From Octopus sinensis (Eukaryota): 64,000 bases of DNA. A model generated the notes under the pieces. That model saw nothing but the letters and a program-made list of their open reading frames with translations. It did not search any database and was not told the DNA's origin. The number at the start of each line of letters is the position of its first letter. The stretch's first letter is position 1. Positions 54,490-62,745 of the stretch are shown in pieces. Location of the stretch: positions 10,478,001 to 10,542,000 of the forward strand of contig NC_043022.1 in assembly GCF_006345805.1 (NCBI RefSeq), given 5' to 3'. The translations under genes were made by a program, and so were the position numbers.

Positions 54490-57400
54490 TGTGTGTGTTT
54501 GTACCCCTAGCATTGCTTGACAACCGATGCTGGTGTGTTTATGTCCCCGTTACTTAGCGGTTCGGCAAAAGAGACCGATAGAATAAGTACTGGGCTTACA
54601 AAAGAATAAGTCCCGGGGTCGAGTTGCTCGATTAAAGGCGGTGCTCCAGCATGGCCACAGTCAAATGACTGAAACAAGTAAAAGAGTAAGAGAGTAAATT
54701 TTTAGCCCATATTAAAAATTGTCTCAGCTTTTCCAGTTTTCTTACGATGATCCTTTTCTACTTGCAGAGTCAGACAGTGATTCCAGTTCCAATTGTCAGA
54801 CTGGTGTGCTGGTACGGTTCGTCTTTCTCATTGGCTGTATTGCTCATAGGCAGCTGGAGCACATGAACAGAGACCTTCTTACTGAGATGAAGCGAAGAAA
54901 TGCTTTGCTTGAGAAATCTAAACTCAAAAAGAAATCCCGAAAGAATCCAGTATGTATAAGTATACTTATACACATGTGTACATGTATATAAATACATTTG
55001 CAGCGATGTTTTGTTTGTCTGTCTTAAAACAATATCATTATTTCTCAACAAATGTTTTCCAAAATTTGCCCATGATCCCAGGTTCATCCCAGAATAAAGA
55101 AAAGAATTCTAGGTCTGAGCCCCCCATTGAGTAAAATCAGGAGGGCTCAAGAAAAGAGAATGTGAAAGATTGATTGATATGAGGGAGTGGTATACCACTC
55201 TTCCCCTTGTCTCTCTCTTACTTACTCTTTCTTTCTCTCTCTCTCTCTCTCTCTCTCTCAGTGTTTCGTACTAATTTTCTGCTGCTATTACATGCAAGTT
55301 ATTTGGTATTGAGTTGACAGAATTGTCAGCATGTCAGATTAAATGCTTAATCCTTTCGTCACTATATTTCTGACCAAAATACACCCTCATGAATATCCTA
55401 TTCATTATTTTGTACACCACATGCTTTTGTACCTCTTTCATTCTTTTTCTCGATATCTCCCTATTTTCCGTTGAAAAAGCTTTAAATTCGGAGAATCAAT
55501 GCTTGATAACATGAAACTCCTATCCATTTTCAAAGTTGAAGAAAAATCGATGCCGAAAAAAATCTCCCAAAATTCAGGGAATTAAAATTACACGTCGATC
55601 GTTGTACAAAACTGTAGATGAACTGTTTACGAAGTATAATCACGTGTTTTCACGAATGTACTAACGAGATTTGCTCTGATATTCTCATTTAAATATGAAT
55701 AGGTAATTACGGGCGGTTTTGGGCGGCTTGGTCACATGAACCAAAAATTTTTTCGGGCAGCTTTGGGCGGTTTGGTAACGAAAGGGTTAACGGAATTTTG
55801 CCCGTCTTTCCAATCTGAGTTCAAATTTTGCCGAGGTCAACTCTGCCTCTCATCCTTTCGGGGTCGACAAAATCAGTACCAGTCAGTGCTGGGGTCAGTG
55901 AGATTGACTAGCTCCCTTCCCCCAAATTTCAGGCCTTGTACCTAGAGTAGAAAGGATTTTATGCAAGTTATTATGGACATTGTTCACTGATTTATGATAG
56001 ATGATTGAGTCTTGATCATCATTTTGACTCCGACAATTCCTGGTTAAAGACACTGATGTTACTTTGTTTTTTACTCCAGGATGTTACATCAACCACTGCC
56101 AGTAGCACTTTAATCGAGGAAGAATTGGGTCTGACAGGAGCTTCAGCAGAAGATGATGAATATGAATGCATTAGAAAAGTCTGTGAAACAGAAATTCTCT
56201 CAGGTAAGTATCAATTCTCCTCAAAACTGTAACTTGAACTTAATTACAAAGCATGCATTTGTTCCTTATTCTCTTCTTTTCAGTGTTGACTTTTATTTCT
56301 CTTCCCCCCACCCTCGCCTTATAAACCATTCAATGAAATTTCACCAGAAATATTTTCAAATCATTTTTTATTTTCCCCCTCAAAACCTGCGGCTAATTTT
56401 CATATCTGTTTATATAAACTTTTGATATATTTTGGGTACTTAATTTTGACACTGAAAAGCAAGCTTTATTTTTTGAGACTAAACTCAGGGTGTTAGAAAA
56501 ATGGGTTTTGCCAAAGTAATAATTTAATAGATGCTGAAAGGCTTTTAAACATTAATTCTATGTTCTGGTTTAATGGATTTAAATGGCTGACCAACATAAA
56601 TCTTTTCTTGGACTAGACACTTTTATCACAGTCGATCTAGTTTCTTTTCATGGCAACACAGTGTGTTAAGGCATGTGGAATTAAGTGTAATACTTACTTG
56701 TACTTGTGGCGACATTCACCCTGGGCAGGTTGAATCGGCTTCTTCTACCACCCTCGAGGCATCGCGAACCATGGCAGCCCACGCACGACGGTCCTGCACC
56801 AGTTCACTGGAGATAGCGAGCCAGTCACCAAAGTCCATCTCCTCCTCACCATGGTGGGGATGCTGGCAACAGGTAGTGTCAGAGCTATGCCGTCGGGAAC
56901 TTCGGTTCCTGGTAGGGCCACCCAAGGCGGATTGATCTAACACCGAGTGGTATTAAGGCCACAACCTGGTAGACGGTGCGCTGGTGAAAATCCTTGGCGT
57001 GTCTGTTTCGGCAATCAGCGGCTCCTCGGTCGTTCTGTCCCTGCGTCTGCGGACAATCTGTGGCAAACAGGATGTCTCTACATGCGGGATTGTTGGGGAC
57101 CGCTTGTGAAATCCCCATATTCCCACGAAACTTCTTCCATGAATTCTCAATGACGAATAAGTGTAATACCTGATTAAATAACATCAGGTTTGTAAATGGT
57201 TGAAATGTTTTAAAGTTTCAGGGTCCCTGTGGGTTGTTGGGTCAGTGTGCAGGTACAAGCAGTGCTACTTAGTTTGATATTGTTTGCCAGCATTGTCAGT
57301 AATCCTGCGTTAAATGAATGTCATCTGTTTCAGGTGAAACTCTGTTAGCCATTGTTGCACCTTTAATTGTGAATCTTTGCCGGAATCAATCAAAATTCAG

Positions 57401-60400
57401 TAATCCTGAACTCCGCACTGCAGCAAGTCTTACTCTCTCCAAACTGATGCTCATCAGGTGAGTAACAATGGGCTTCATTGATTCATCTTGTTTTGAGTTA
57501 ATCATGCATTATCTTGTAGCTTTGAGATTTCAATGATTTCATCATTATCATCATCATCGTTTAACGTCCATTTTCCGTGCTAGCACGGGTTGGACAGTTT
57601 GACAGGAGGCTGCACCAGGCTCCAGTCTGATCTGGCAGTGTTTCTACAGCTGGATGCCCTTCCTAACGCCAACCACTCCGTGAGTGTAGTGGGTGCCTTT
57701 TACGTGCCACCAGCGATGATCAGTTGGTGCTTTTTACGTGCCACCGGCACAGGTATCACAACTACTATTTCCATTTAATATTTATTTCAATGTTGATGTA
57801 CTTGACTCAATAGGTCTCCTCAAGCACAGCAGGTCATGTGCCACCGGCACAGAAGCCAGTCAAGGCAGCGCTGGCATCGGCCACGTTCGAATGGTGCTTT
57901 TTACATGCCGCCAGATTTGATTGTTTATTTTTAGAATGACATTGTAGGGTAAGTGTGAGAGGCTTAATCTGGCCACTTTGAATGTAAAACATGTAGACTA
58001 TTTGGGCCAGATATGGCTGGTTTTGAATACTGAAGGGTTACTAGGGAAAACAATCCTGGAACAAAAATACACTGAAGGTAGTCTATGCAAGCAACTAAGT
58101 CATGTGTAATTCATATAAAAGTATTTAAAAATTAGTTTAACTCTTTAGTATCCAGATTACTCTGTGTAATGTAAAGCTTATATTTTTGCATTATTTTGAA
58201 TTAATCATGTATTATCTCATAGCTTTGAGATTTCTATGAAATTTCAGTGGTATGATTATTTTTAGAATAACATTGTAGGGTATGTGTGAGGGGCCAGTTT
58301 GAACATAAAACAGGTAGAACATGTGGACTGGATATGGCTGGTTTAAATGCTAAAGGGTTAAATTAAAATCTATAGTGCTGGTGCCACATAAAAAGTACCC
58401 AGTAGACTCTGTAAAGTGGTTGGCGTCAGGAAAGGCATCCAGCTGTAAAAGCCAAACCAAAACAGACTATGGCACCTGCTGTGGCCCCTGGCCTTGCCAG
58501 TTACTGTCAAACCATCCAATCCATGCCAACATGGAAAATGGACATTAAATGATGATGATTTTGTTTGTTTTGTGAGGGTTTTTTTTTTCATGTGATAAAA
58601 AAAATATTACTGATTTTAATATTTAAATTTTTGTTTTTTTTATATTTTACAGCTCTGAATTCTGTGAGAACAATCTTCAGTTGCTGTTTACAATCTTGGA
58701 GAAGTCCTCACTGCCAAGCATCCGTGCCAACACCATCATTGCCTTGGGAGATCTTGCTTCTTTGTTTCCTAATCTTATTGAGCCCTGGACTGCCCATATG
58801 TATGCCAGGTAAACATCTCTTCTGATACTCTTCAGTGTTGCTAATTAAAAACTAGTTAATGAGTGACTTCTGACATTACTGTGCTGACACTATATTGTAA
58901 GAGCCAACATGTAACCCCTGTGTGGTTATTCAGTCTGCTAGAAGAAGCAGCCAAACCTTCCTCATCACACCCTATCATCTCAAGAAAGGAAAGGACACAT
59001 CAAAGTCCTCATAGATACCCTCTCAAAAAGCATGACGGTTTTCTATTCTTGATTTTTATATAACTTTCATCTGTCTTGCCCGCTTATGTTCTGGTGTTTG
59101 CTGAATTTTCTCTGGAGAACATTTTTCTTTGTAGTTAGATCGTATGTGATCTTCTTCTAGTGTATGGTTATCCACCTAGCGGTTTATCCCTAAATAGACA
59201 CATATATAATCATCCTAATAGATTCTGATACAAGCAGAGACACCAAGAATTTTGTCTTCCTGTGTTACCTTGGTAACAAGGTAATCCAAGATAACTTATA
59301 TCTAACAAAAAATAAGATGGTATGGTGTTAGCTGCATTGCCTTCGATTGTCGGTCTCCTCACCCAAGACTGACATAGGGCTTATAAAAAGACAAACACTA
59401 GAAGTAGCTACTAAACCTACATCAAATCACACCCTACTGTCTTAAGAAATATAAGCATCTGGCATTTACAGTCTTGATACATTAATAAAGGATGAAGTAA
59501 AAGTAAGAAAACAGGATGATCTTGGAACACTTTCGATCATAGGCGCAGGAGTGGCTGTATGGTAAGTAGCTTGCTTACCAACCACATGGTTCTGGGTTCA
59601 TTCCCACTGTGTGGCACCTTGGGAAAGTATCTTCTACTATAGCCACAGGCTGACCAAAGCCTTGTGAGTGAATTTGGTAGACAGAAACTGAAAGAAGCCT
59701 GACGTATATATATATACTAGCAGTATCGCTCGGGTTTGTAAGGGAAATAACTATAAAGCATTTTTAGAGAGTTATAGCTAAAAAATAGCAAAAAAATGCA
59801 TCAAAAATGGAAAAAATATGATGGTAAATTTTTTTTTAAATCGTTGACTCATCGTAGACATTTTTAGAGAGTTACTTCCCTTTAAAAAAATATGCATTAA
59901 AATGGAAAAAATTATGGTAAATTATTTTTTAAATCGTAGACTCATCGTAGACGCGCGCTAATACCCAGAAGGGCTCGATATGAATCACGACTATACAGTT
60001 TTGGTTAAACTGCACCACAAAATGTGGGAGTAGTTAGGAATCTAAATCAGAGTAGACAGACACATAACCTTACTTTTATATATAAAGATATGTATAGGCA
60101 CAGGAGTGGCTGTGTGGTAAGTAGCTTGCTTACGAACCACATGGTTCTGGGTTCATTCCCACTGTGTAGCACCTTGGGCAAGTGTCTTGTACTATAGCTT
60201 CAGGCCGACCAAAGCCTTGTGAGTGGATTTGGTAGACGGAAACTGAAAGAAGCCCGTTGTGTGTGTGTTTGTGTTTGTCCCCCCAACATCGCTTGACAAC
60301 CGATGCTGGTGTGTTTACGTCCCCGTAACTTAGCACTTCGGCAATATTGTCCGATAGAATAAGTACTAGGCTTACAAAGAATAAGTCCTGGGGTCGATTT

Positions 60401-62745
60401 CTTCGACTAAAGGCTGTGCTCCAGCATGGCCGCAGCCAAATGACTAAAACAAGTAAAAGAATAGTTCTGGTAAATCAGGTCTGACCTGATGTAATCAACA
60501 ACAGCAGTGATTCCCTAAATAAATATCCCCCTCAGTAAAACTTGTTTCTTTTCTTTGTTTTTTTTATCTCTTTTCACAGATTACGTGATCCTTCCCCATT
60601 GGTCCGTAGAAACACAGTCTCTGTTCTCTCTCATCTTATTTTGAATGACATGGTGAAAATCAAGGGACAGATTAGTGAAATGGCTGTTTGCATCATTGAT
60701 GAAGATGAAAAAATAAAAGGATTGGCAAAAGTATTTTTTGTAGAACTTTCCGGAAAGGTTAGCAAGAAGAATTGCTTTTTATGTGTGTCTGTGTTGCTGT
60801 GCATGAGAAGACATGTCAAGCTAAGGGAAATTGTGGTCATAGCCAGTGCTGATGACAGGTAAAAAGCACCTGTACCGGTGACACATAAAAGACACCTGGT
60901 ACACTCTATAGAGTTGTTGCTGTTAGGAAGGGCATCCAGCAACAGAAACAAAGCCAAAACGGATGACTGGAGCCTGGTGCAGCTCTCCAGCTTATCTTCA
61001 ATCAAACTGTCTAACCCATGACACCATGGAAAATGGATATTAAATGATGATGATGATATATAGATAGTAGATACATATATATATTCTAGCTGTATTTACT
61101 TTCAGATATACTGTTAAATGTCTTATTTACATATTCTTTGTTGCTTCTATATTTATATTCAACTAGCAGTATCGCCCGGCGTTGCTCGGGTTTGTAAGGG
61201 AAATAACTATATAAGCGTTTTTAGAGATGTAAAGTATAATAGCCATCTCAATATGGCTAACCACAAAGGGGGGGGGTGTTACTGTAGCTTTTTACGTTCT
61301 GAGATTTAATAATTCATTTTTAGAGAGTTACTTCCCTTATATAATAGCAAAAAAATGCATTAAAAATGGGAAAAAAAGATGGTAAATTTTTTTTAAATCG
61401 TAGACTCATCGTAGACGCACGCTAATACCCAGAAGGGCTTGATATGAATCACAACTATAAGATACCCGCTTTTGGTTACACTGCACTGCAAAATGTGGGA
61501 GTAGTTAGGAATCTAAATCGTAGGAGACAGACACACAACTTCACTTTTATATATAAAGATATGTATGTATAGCTGCTCTTCATTCAATCATTTATGAGAT
61601 GCCTCTTGATGTAAAATTTTTATAAGTGGTGACTCCATCATTAGATATACGTATATATGTGTGTGTATATGCATATTTTGTACAATTTACATGGTAGTCG
61701 TAGCATGCCAGAGCACACAGTAGTCATAGCATGCTAGAACTGCTTGACTGGCCCTCGTGCCGGTGGCACGTAAAATCACCCACTACACTCTTGGAGTGGT
61801 TGGCATTAGGAAGGGCATCCAACTGTAGAAACTTTGCCAGATCAGATTGAGCCTGGTGCAGCCTCTGACTCACCAGTCCTCAGTCAAACCAGCCAACCCA
61901 AGCCAGCATGCAAAGCAGATGTTAAACGATGATGATGATGATAATGATAAATTATAGTTGACAAAAGTGATCTACCTTACAAACCTCATCAGTTATATAG
62001 ATTGCATGGACTTTGGACATGGCCCCTTCTCCTGGAACTAGAAAGATATTCTAAAAAAAAAACCCCAAACATCCGTTGCTACAAAAGCATTGTTGTGATT
62101 CATGGGCTAGATTGGCCTAGTTTTAAATAAAATGTTCCCATTTTATTTCTCTTTTTAATCTTCAAAAAATAACTTCCACTTATTCTTTCCAGGTTTTTTG
62201 CTTATTTTACTTTATTTTCTTTACCCACCAGGCAAATGCTATTTATAATATCATCGCTGATATTATTAGCCGTCTCTCAGATCCTGAAATAGGAGTTGAG
62301 AAAGCCTCTTTCCAAACCATTCTCAAGTAAGTTGAAAAAGATATATATTAATCACTTTAATTGCAAAAGGGGTGAGTCGTACCATAAATGGATGAATCAC
62401 TGTTGCTCTTTATGTGCCACTGGCACGGGAGCCAATCAATGGGTACTGGCATCAACCATGTTTGGATGGTGCTTTTTACATGGGGGAGCCAATCAGGTGG
62501 CACTAACATCAACCCACATGTTTTCTAACATAAATGCCAGGACCCCAAATATGGTAGCAGGAGGAAATAGTTATGTTGGCTTCAGAAGAATGAAAAGCTA
62601 AGTCAACTTCAACCATATTTGGAATGCTGCTAATTGAATCTTGTGTTTTTTTTTTCTTTTTCAGATTTTTGTTCTCTTTTGTCCAAAAAGGCAAGCAAAC
62701 AGAAAATTTGGCTGAGAAGTTGTGTCAGAGATTCCGTGTAACATC
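2498..62745 (+). CDS. NCAPD2: Condensin complex subunit 1 (CAP-D2/NCAPD2); 29 coding exons in window, 3' end outside window
   Basis: Manually spliced GT-AG exons give one open frame of ~1198 aa with consistent phases. It is collinear with recalled vertebrate CAP-D2: METFEFHLP..NQYVV, HLNALKM.CY, HDVHAFVRSKVLQ, GRLNDK, EEELGLTGASAED, FPNLIEPWT.HMYARLRD, HLILNDMVKIKGQISEMA, NAIYN...DIISRLSDP, EKLCQRFR. Confidence 0.97.
2950..3364. mobile_element. Degenerate hAT-like MITE
   Basis: cagttgttctcaac ... gttgaggaccatta ends; imperfect 8-bp TSD ctcgagag/ctctggag. Confidence 0.45.
3991..4493. repeat. 26-bp minisatellite, ~19 copies (GTGCTTTTAATGTGGCACCAGCACTA)
   Basis: Directly visible tandem units. 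Confidence 0.95.
4494..4800 (-). mobile_element. Old RTE ORF C-terminal relic abutting the 26-bp array
   Basis: cctgggtctccctcttccac is the GRGRP region on the minus strand; degenerate relative to 1-545. Confidence 0.7.
4969..5044 (+). CDS. NCAPD2: NCAPD2 coding exon 2 (NFRVTMRTEGYLTILEQFNVPFSIL)
   Basis: tag acceptor, gtgagt donor, phase 1 to 2. Confidence 0.88.
6055..6178 (-). ncRNA. Minimal type-I hammerhead ribozyme motif in Penelope-like relic
   Basis: Minus strand: atct-CTGATGA-a-gcctagag..ctcttggc-t-GAAA-cagctg-TA-agat. Stems I and II pair; stem III is the palindrome acagctgt. Confidence 0.65.
6350..6408 (+). CDS. NCAPD2: NCAPD2 coding exon 3 (SDAESSQALRENVWQVLLK)
   Basis: cag acceptor, gtaaga donor, phase 2 to 1. 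Confidence 0.85.
6766..6929 (+). CDS. NCAPD2: NCAPD2 coding exon 4 (..RLQHLNALKMICYLMSQL..)
   Basis: Conserved HLNALKMxCY motif. Donor gtaggg at 6930; an in-frame alternative donor after 6914 is possible. Confidence 0.9.
7111..9330. repeat. 25-bp minisatellite, ~89 copies (GTCCACATGAAAAGCTTTCGTGCCA)
   Basis: Directly visible, highly homogeneous 2.2-kb tandem array in intron 4. Confidence 0.98.
9894..10039 (+). CDS. NCAPD2: NCAPD2 coding exon 5 (GRKKKS..DWPYEKE..LWDPPIAEENFI)
   Basis: tag/gtgag boundaries; matches CAP-D2 DW.E...LW....EEEF. Confidence 0.92.
10232..10819. mobile_element. hAT-like MITE with a nested RTE 3'UTR copy (~10335-10602)
   Basis: TIRs cagcgtttctcaac/gttgagaaacactg; 8-bp TSD ggttagag/gattagag. 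Confidence 0.75.
11073..11462. mobile_element. MITE with GGATCTTTTCGGTTTGAACGGCAG TIRs and 9-bp TSD
   Basis: TSD accaataaa on both sides; other copies at ~32830-33223, 46485-46896 and partial ~29430-29585. A 9-bp TSD suggests Merlin or Mutator (inference). Confidence 0.85.
11644..11765 (+). CDS. NCAPD2: NCAPD2 coding exon 6 (LIISCCYNLLQNPS..LGVLVKRHN)
   Basis: CCYxLLxNP motif; cag/gtaatt boundaries. Confidence 0.92.
12484..12710 (+). mobile_element. tRNA-derived SINE family B (MetaSINE-like central domain)
   Basis: GAGCTGGC..GAGTTCAAATTCC head, then GTCGACTTTGCCTTTCATCCTTTCGGGGTCGATAAA..AAGTACCAG. Copies at ~13020-13345(-), 24161-24365(-), 31884-32295(-, tandem), 45910-46120, 47565-47788(-), 53028-53240(-). 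Confidence 0.8.
13403..13526 (+). CDS. NCAPD2: NCAPD2 coding exon 7 (LRILQLLQRHEH..YGATNIVFEIM)
   Basis: cag/gttggt boundaries, phase 1 to 2. Confidence 0.92.
14022..14067 (-). ncRNA. Minimal hammerhead motif (left arm)
   Basis: Minus strand: gacac-CTGAAGA-a-ggctg..cagcc-GAAA-catt-gtgtt. Confidence 0.62.
14364..14409 (+). ncRNA. Minimal hammerhead motif (right arm; G12 to A)
   Basis: gacac-CTGATGA-a-ggctg..cagcc-AAAA-cgtt-gtgtt. Confidence 0.6.
15056..15390 (+). mobile_element. 5'-truncated RTE 3'UTR copy with (GAT)n tail
   Basis: 16-bp TSD gtgatttatattttac at 15040-15055 and 15391-15406. Other copies at ~20296-20640(-), 21348-21526, 29590-29900(-), 31333-31610, 36434-36682(-), 40530-40965(-), 43450-43838, 44430-44792, 52532-52772(-), 57540-57912(-), 61745-61945. 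Confidence 0.88.
15652..15799 (+). CDS. NCAPD2: NCAPD2 coding exon 8 (EIGRLDSKE..SGTKAYATFL..)
   Basis: tag/gtaagt boundaries; REIG and SGTK motifs. Confidence 0.93.
17708..17933. mobile_element. MITE with ~80-bp imperfect TIRs
   Basis: tgcagcatggaaggtgtttataagcc..tgtcaaa is inverted as tttgaca..ggcttgtaaataccttccacactgca. Confidence 0.75.
18004..18930 (+). mobile_element. RTE-clade LINE 3' end: ORF C-terminus, modular 3'UTR and (GAT)n tail
   Basis: ERRLCWYGHVVRMDEDRCVKK..GTRGRGRPRKTW..DRDLW is the typical RTE C-terminus, frameshifted, and is followed directly by the dispersed UTR sequence. Confidence 0.9.
19243..19365 (+). CDS. NCAPD2: NCAPD2 coding exon 9 (SSIMRNCIL..KDQFFTILK)
   Basis: tag/gtaagg boundaries, phase 0 to 0. 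Confidence 0.92.
19910..20290 (+). mobile_element. tRNA-derived SINE family A (CORE-like ACCTTGGGCAAGT)
   Basis: GGCTGTGTGGTAAG..GGTTCAGTCCC head. Copies at ~33530-33920, 53605-54016(-), 54282-54695, 59541-59710, 60097-60462, 5500-5650(-), 27357-27710, 28230-28390. Confidence 0.8.
20826..20858 (-). ncRNA. Hammerhead-like motif with U4 to C core variant
   Basis: Minus strand: ttt-CCGACGA-a-gagc-tct-gctc-GAAA-cgtta-aa, inside a ~190-bp insert in (TA)n. Confidence 0.4.
21146..21220 (+). CDS. NCAPD2: NCAPD2 coding exon 10 (DHVHDVHAFVRSKVLQIWLEIVQQQ)
   Basis: HDVxxFVRSxVLQ HEAT motif; tag/gtcagt. Confidence 0.94.
22637..22676 (+). ncRNA. Minimal type-I hammerhead motif, intact core
   Basis: cca-CTGATGA-g-gtcac-agaaat-gtgac-GAAA-gaac-TC-tgg. 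Confidence 0.62.
23372..23506 (+). CDS. NCAPD2: NCAPD2 coding exon 11 (CLPL..VGRLNDK..NPFAHK)
   Basis: GRLxDK and NPF motifs; cag/gtttgt. Confidence 0.94.
24909..25321 (+). mobile_element. Solo LTR (Gypsy-like)
   Basis: TGTA...TACA termini, 4-bp TSD attg/attg, internal AATAAA at 25201. Confidence 0.75.
25580..25872 (+). mobile_element. Non-autonomous Helitron-like element, family 1
   Basis: A|TC start, subterminal hairpin, CTAG|T end. Minus-strand copies at 34536-35159, 59717-60088 and 61163-61559. Confidence 0.8.
26164..26248 (+). CDS. NCAPD2: NCAPD2 coding exon 12 (LQYEDLIESYRQEKEKLDKM..)
   Basis: tag/gttagt; phase consistent. Confidence 0.85.
26485..26860 (-). mobile_element. CR1-clade LINE 3' end
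   Basis: Minus strand encodes TRGHIYKVRKQHSSHDFRKHFFTLRVAEAWNKL..SFK, a CR1 C-terminal signature; (ATT)n tail. Confidence 0.8.
27813..27945 (+). CDS. NCAPD2: NCAPD2 coding exon 13 (PDLVLMKEKWSSHE..)
   Basis: cag/gtaagc; phase 1 to 2; variable region. Confidence 0.83.
29985..30107 (+). CDS. NCAPD2: NCAPD2 coding exon 14 (IMNTIVSTIDEKDYNKS..)
   Basis: cag/gtatgt; phase 2 to 2. Confidence 0.8.
33961..34343 (+). mobile_element. tRNA-derived SINE family C
   Basis: GGAGGCACAATGGCCCAGTGGTTAG..GTTTCGATTCCC head; relatives at ~5078-5365, 17308-17560, 21541-21870, 27070-27352, 41758-42003. Confidence 0.78.
35221..35560 (-). mobile_element. Mariner transposase N-terminal relic (HTH to WVPHEL)
   Basis: Minus strand: ..QCQWWFQK..SLEDEP..VEELAEKLGFGHSTIH..GKVSKLGQWVPHEL; disrupted. 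Confidence 0.85.
36352..36425 (+). CDS. NCAPD2: NCAPD2 coding exon 15 (SKETKDESDVP..LKDVYL)
   Basis: cag/gtgagg; phase 2 to 1. Confidence 0.8.
37197..37404. mobile_element. Mariner-type MITE
   Basis: TIRs gggtgctgataatttcctgattt / aaaccaggaacttttcagcatcc. Confidence 0.6.
37632..37680. repeat. (TA)n microsatellite; others at ~5396, 5649, 19128, 39763, 53808, plus (CA)/(TG)/(CT) tracts
   Basis: Directly visible. Confidence 0.95.
37871..37984 (-). ncRNA. Hammerhead-like motif (U4 to C) in a 2-kb AT-rich insert
   Basis: Minus strand: atct-CCGAAGA-ggccgtaagata..tatcttcacggcc-GAAA-cagctg-TC-agtt; same acagctgt stem III as the 6055 motif. Confidence 0.5.
40006..40115 (+). CDS. NCAPD2: NCAPD2 coding exon 16 (..NDLSKQQVLVLYLK)
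   Basis: aag acceptor, gtaaac donor; matches CAP-D2 KQEMLVQYLQ. Confidence 0.87.
41208..41464 (+). CDS. NCAPD2: NCAPD2 coding exon 17 (DSLTFS..EAIEFFV..NAYKKIYLN)
   Basis: IEFFV and NAY motifs; cag/gtgagt. Confidence 0.95.
42377..42715 (+). mobile_element. Non-autonomous Helitron-like element, family 2
   Basis: A|TC start, terminal 19-bp-arm palindrome ending CTAG|T; minus-strand copy at ~30976-31332. Confidence 0.78.
43290..43374 (+). CDS. NCAPD2: NCAPD2 coding exon 18 (SKALKVVDNL..)
   Basis: cag/gttagt; phase 2 to 0. Confidence 0.9.
46170..46306 (+). CDS. NCAPD2: NCAPD2 coding exon 19 (..VIQVLWERF..LLMMAAG)
   Basis: LWER motif; cag/gtaagt. Confidence 0.93.
47337..47469 (+). CDS. NCAPD2: NCAPD2 coding exon 20 (GDSKIIKSNIAVLVSEGL..)
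   Basis: tag/gtttgt; SNxxxLVSxGL motif. Confidence 0.92.
49965..50049 (+). CDS. NCAPD2: NCAPD2 coding exon 21 (..PPPYRLDRDHELFTRL..)
   Basis: Matches PPFRLPQEHRLFERL; tag/gtaagt. Confidence 0.92.
50141..50427. mobile_element. hAT-like MITE
   Basis: TIR CAGGGCTGTGGAGT, perfect 8-bp TSD ccttttac, internal GACTCC repeats. Confidence 0.88.
51240..52296. mobile_element. piggyBac-like non-autonomous element
   Basis: TTAA|CCCTTTCGTTAC ... GTAACGAAAGGG|TTAA; derivatives at 45282-45752 (left part) and 55351-55786. Confidence 0.88.
52345..52488 (+). CDS. NCAPD2: NCAPD2 coding exon 22 (LFDLENEFWVP..IYTLSESP..)
   Basis: WxP..AV..IYxLxExP motif; cag/gtaaat. Confidence 0.92.
54768..54949 (+). CDS. NCAPD2: NCAPD2 coding exon 23 (..GCIAHRQLEHM..EMKRR..)
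   Basis: cag/gtatgt; phase 1 to 0. Confidence 0.9.
56080..56203 (+). CDS. NCAPD2: NCAPD2 coding exon 24 (..EEELGLTGASAEDDE..CETEIL)
   Basis: Conserved EEELGLxGA; cag/gtaagt. Confidence 0.95.
56690..57190 (-). mobile_element. Second RTE-like LINE family 3' end
   Basis: Minus strand: ..DWLAISSELVQDRRAWAAMVRDA.., followed by a short UTR and an acaagtacaagtaagta tail. Confidence 0.65.
57334..57457 (+). CDS. NCAPD2: NCAPD2 coding exon 25 (ETLLAIVAPL..SNPELRTAASLTLSKLMLI)
   Basis: cag/gtgagt; Cnd1 region. Confidence 0.94.
58653..58808 (+). CDS. NCAPD2: NCAPD2 coding exon 26 (SEFCENNLQLLFTILEKS..FPNLIEPWT..)
   Basis: Cnd1-domain core; cag/gtaaac. Confidence 0.96.
60580..60757 (+). CDS. NCAPD2: NCAPD2 coding exon 27 (LRDPSPLVR..HLILNDMVKIKGQISEMA..)
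   Basis: Cnd1-domain core; cag/gttagc. Confidence 0.96.
62232..62326 (+). CDS. NCAPD2: NCAPD2 coding exon 28 (ANAIYNIIADIISRLSDPEIG..)
   Basis: cag/gtaagt; NAIYN..DIISRLSDP. Confidence 0.95.
62665..62745 (+). CDS. NCAPD2: NCAPD2 coding exon 29 (FLFSFVQKGKQTENLAEKLCQRFRVT)
   Basis: cag/gtaagt; KQTExLxEKLCQRFR. Confidence 0.95.
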
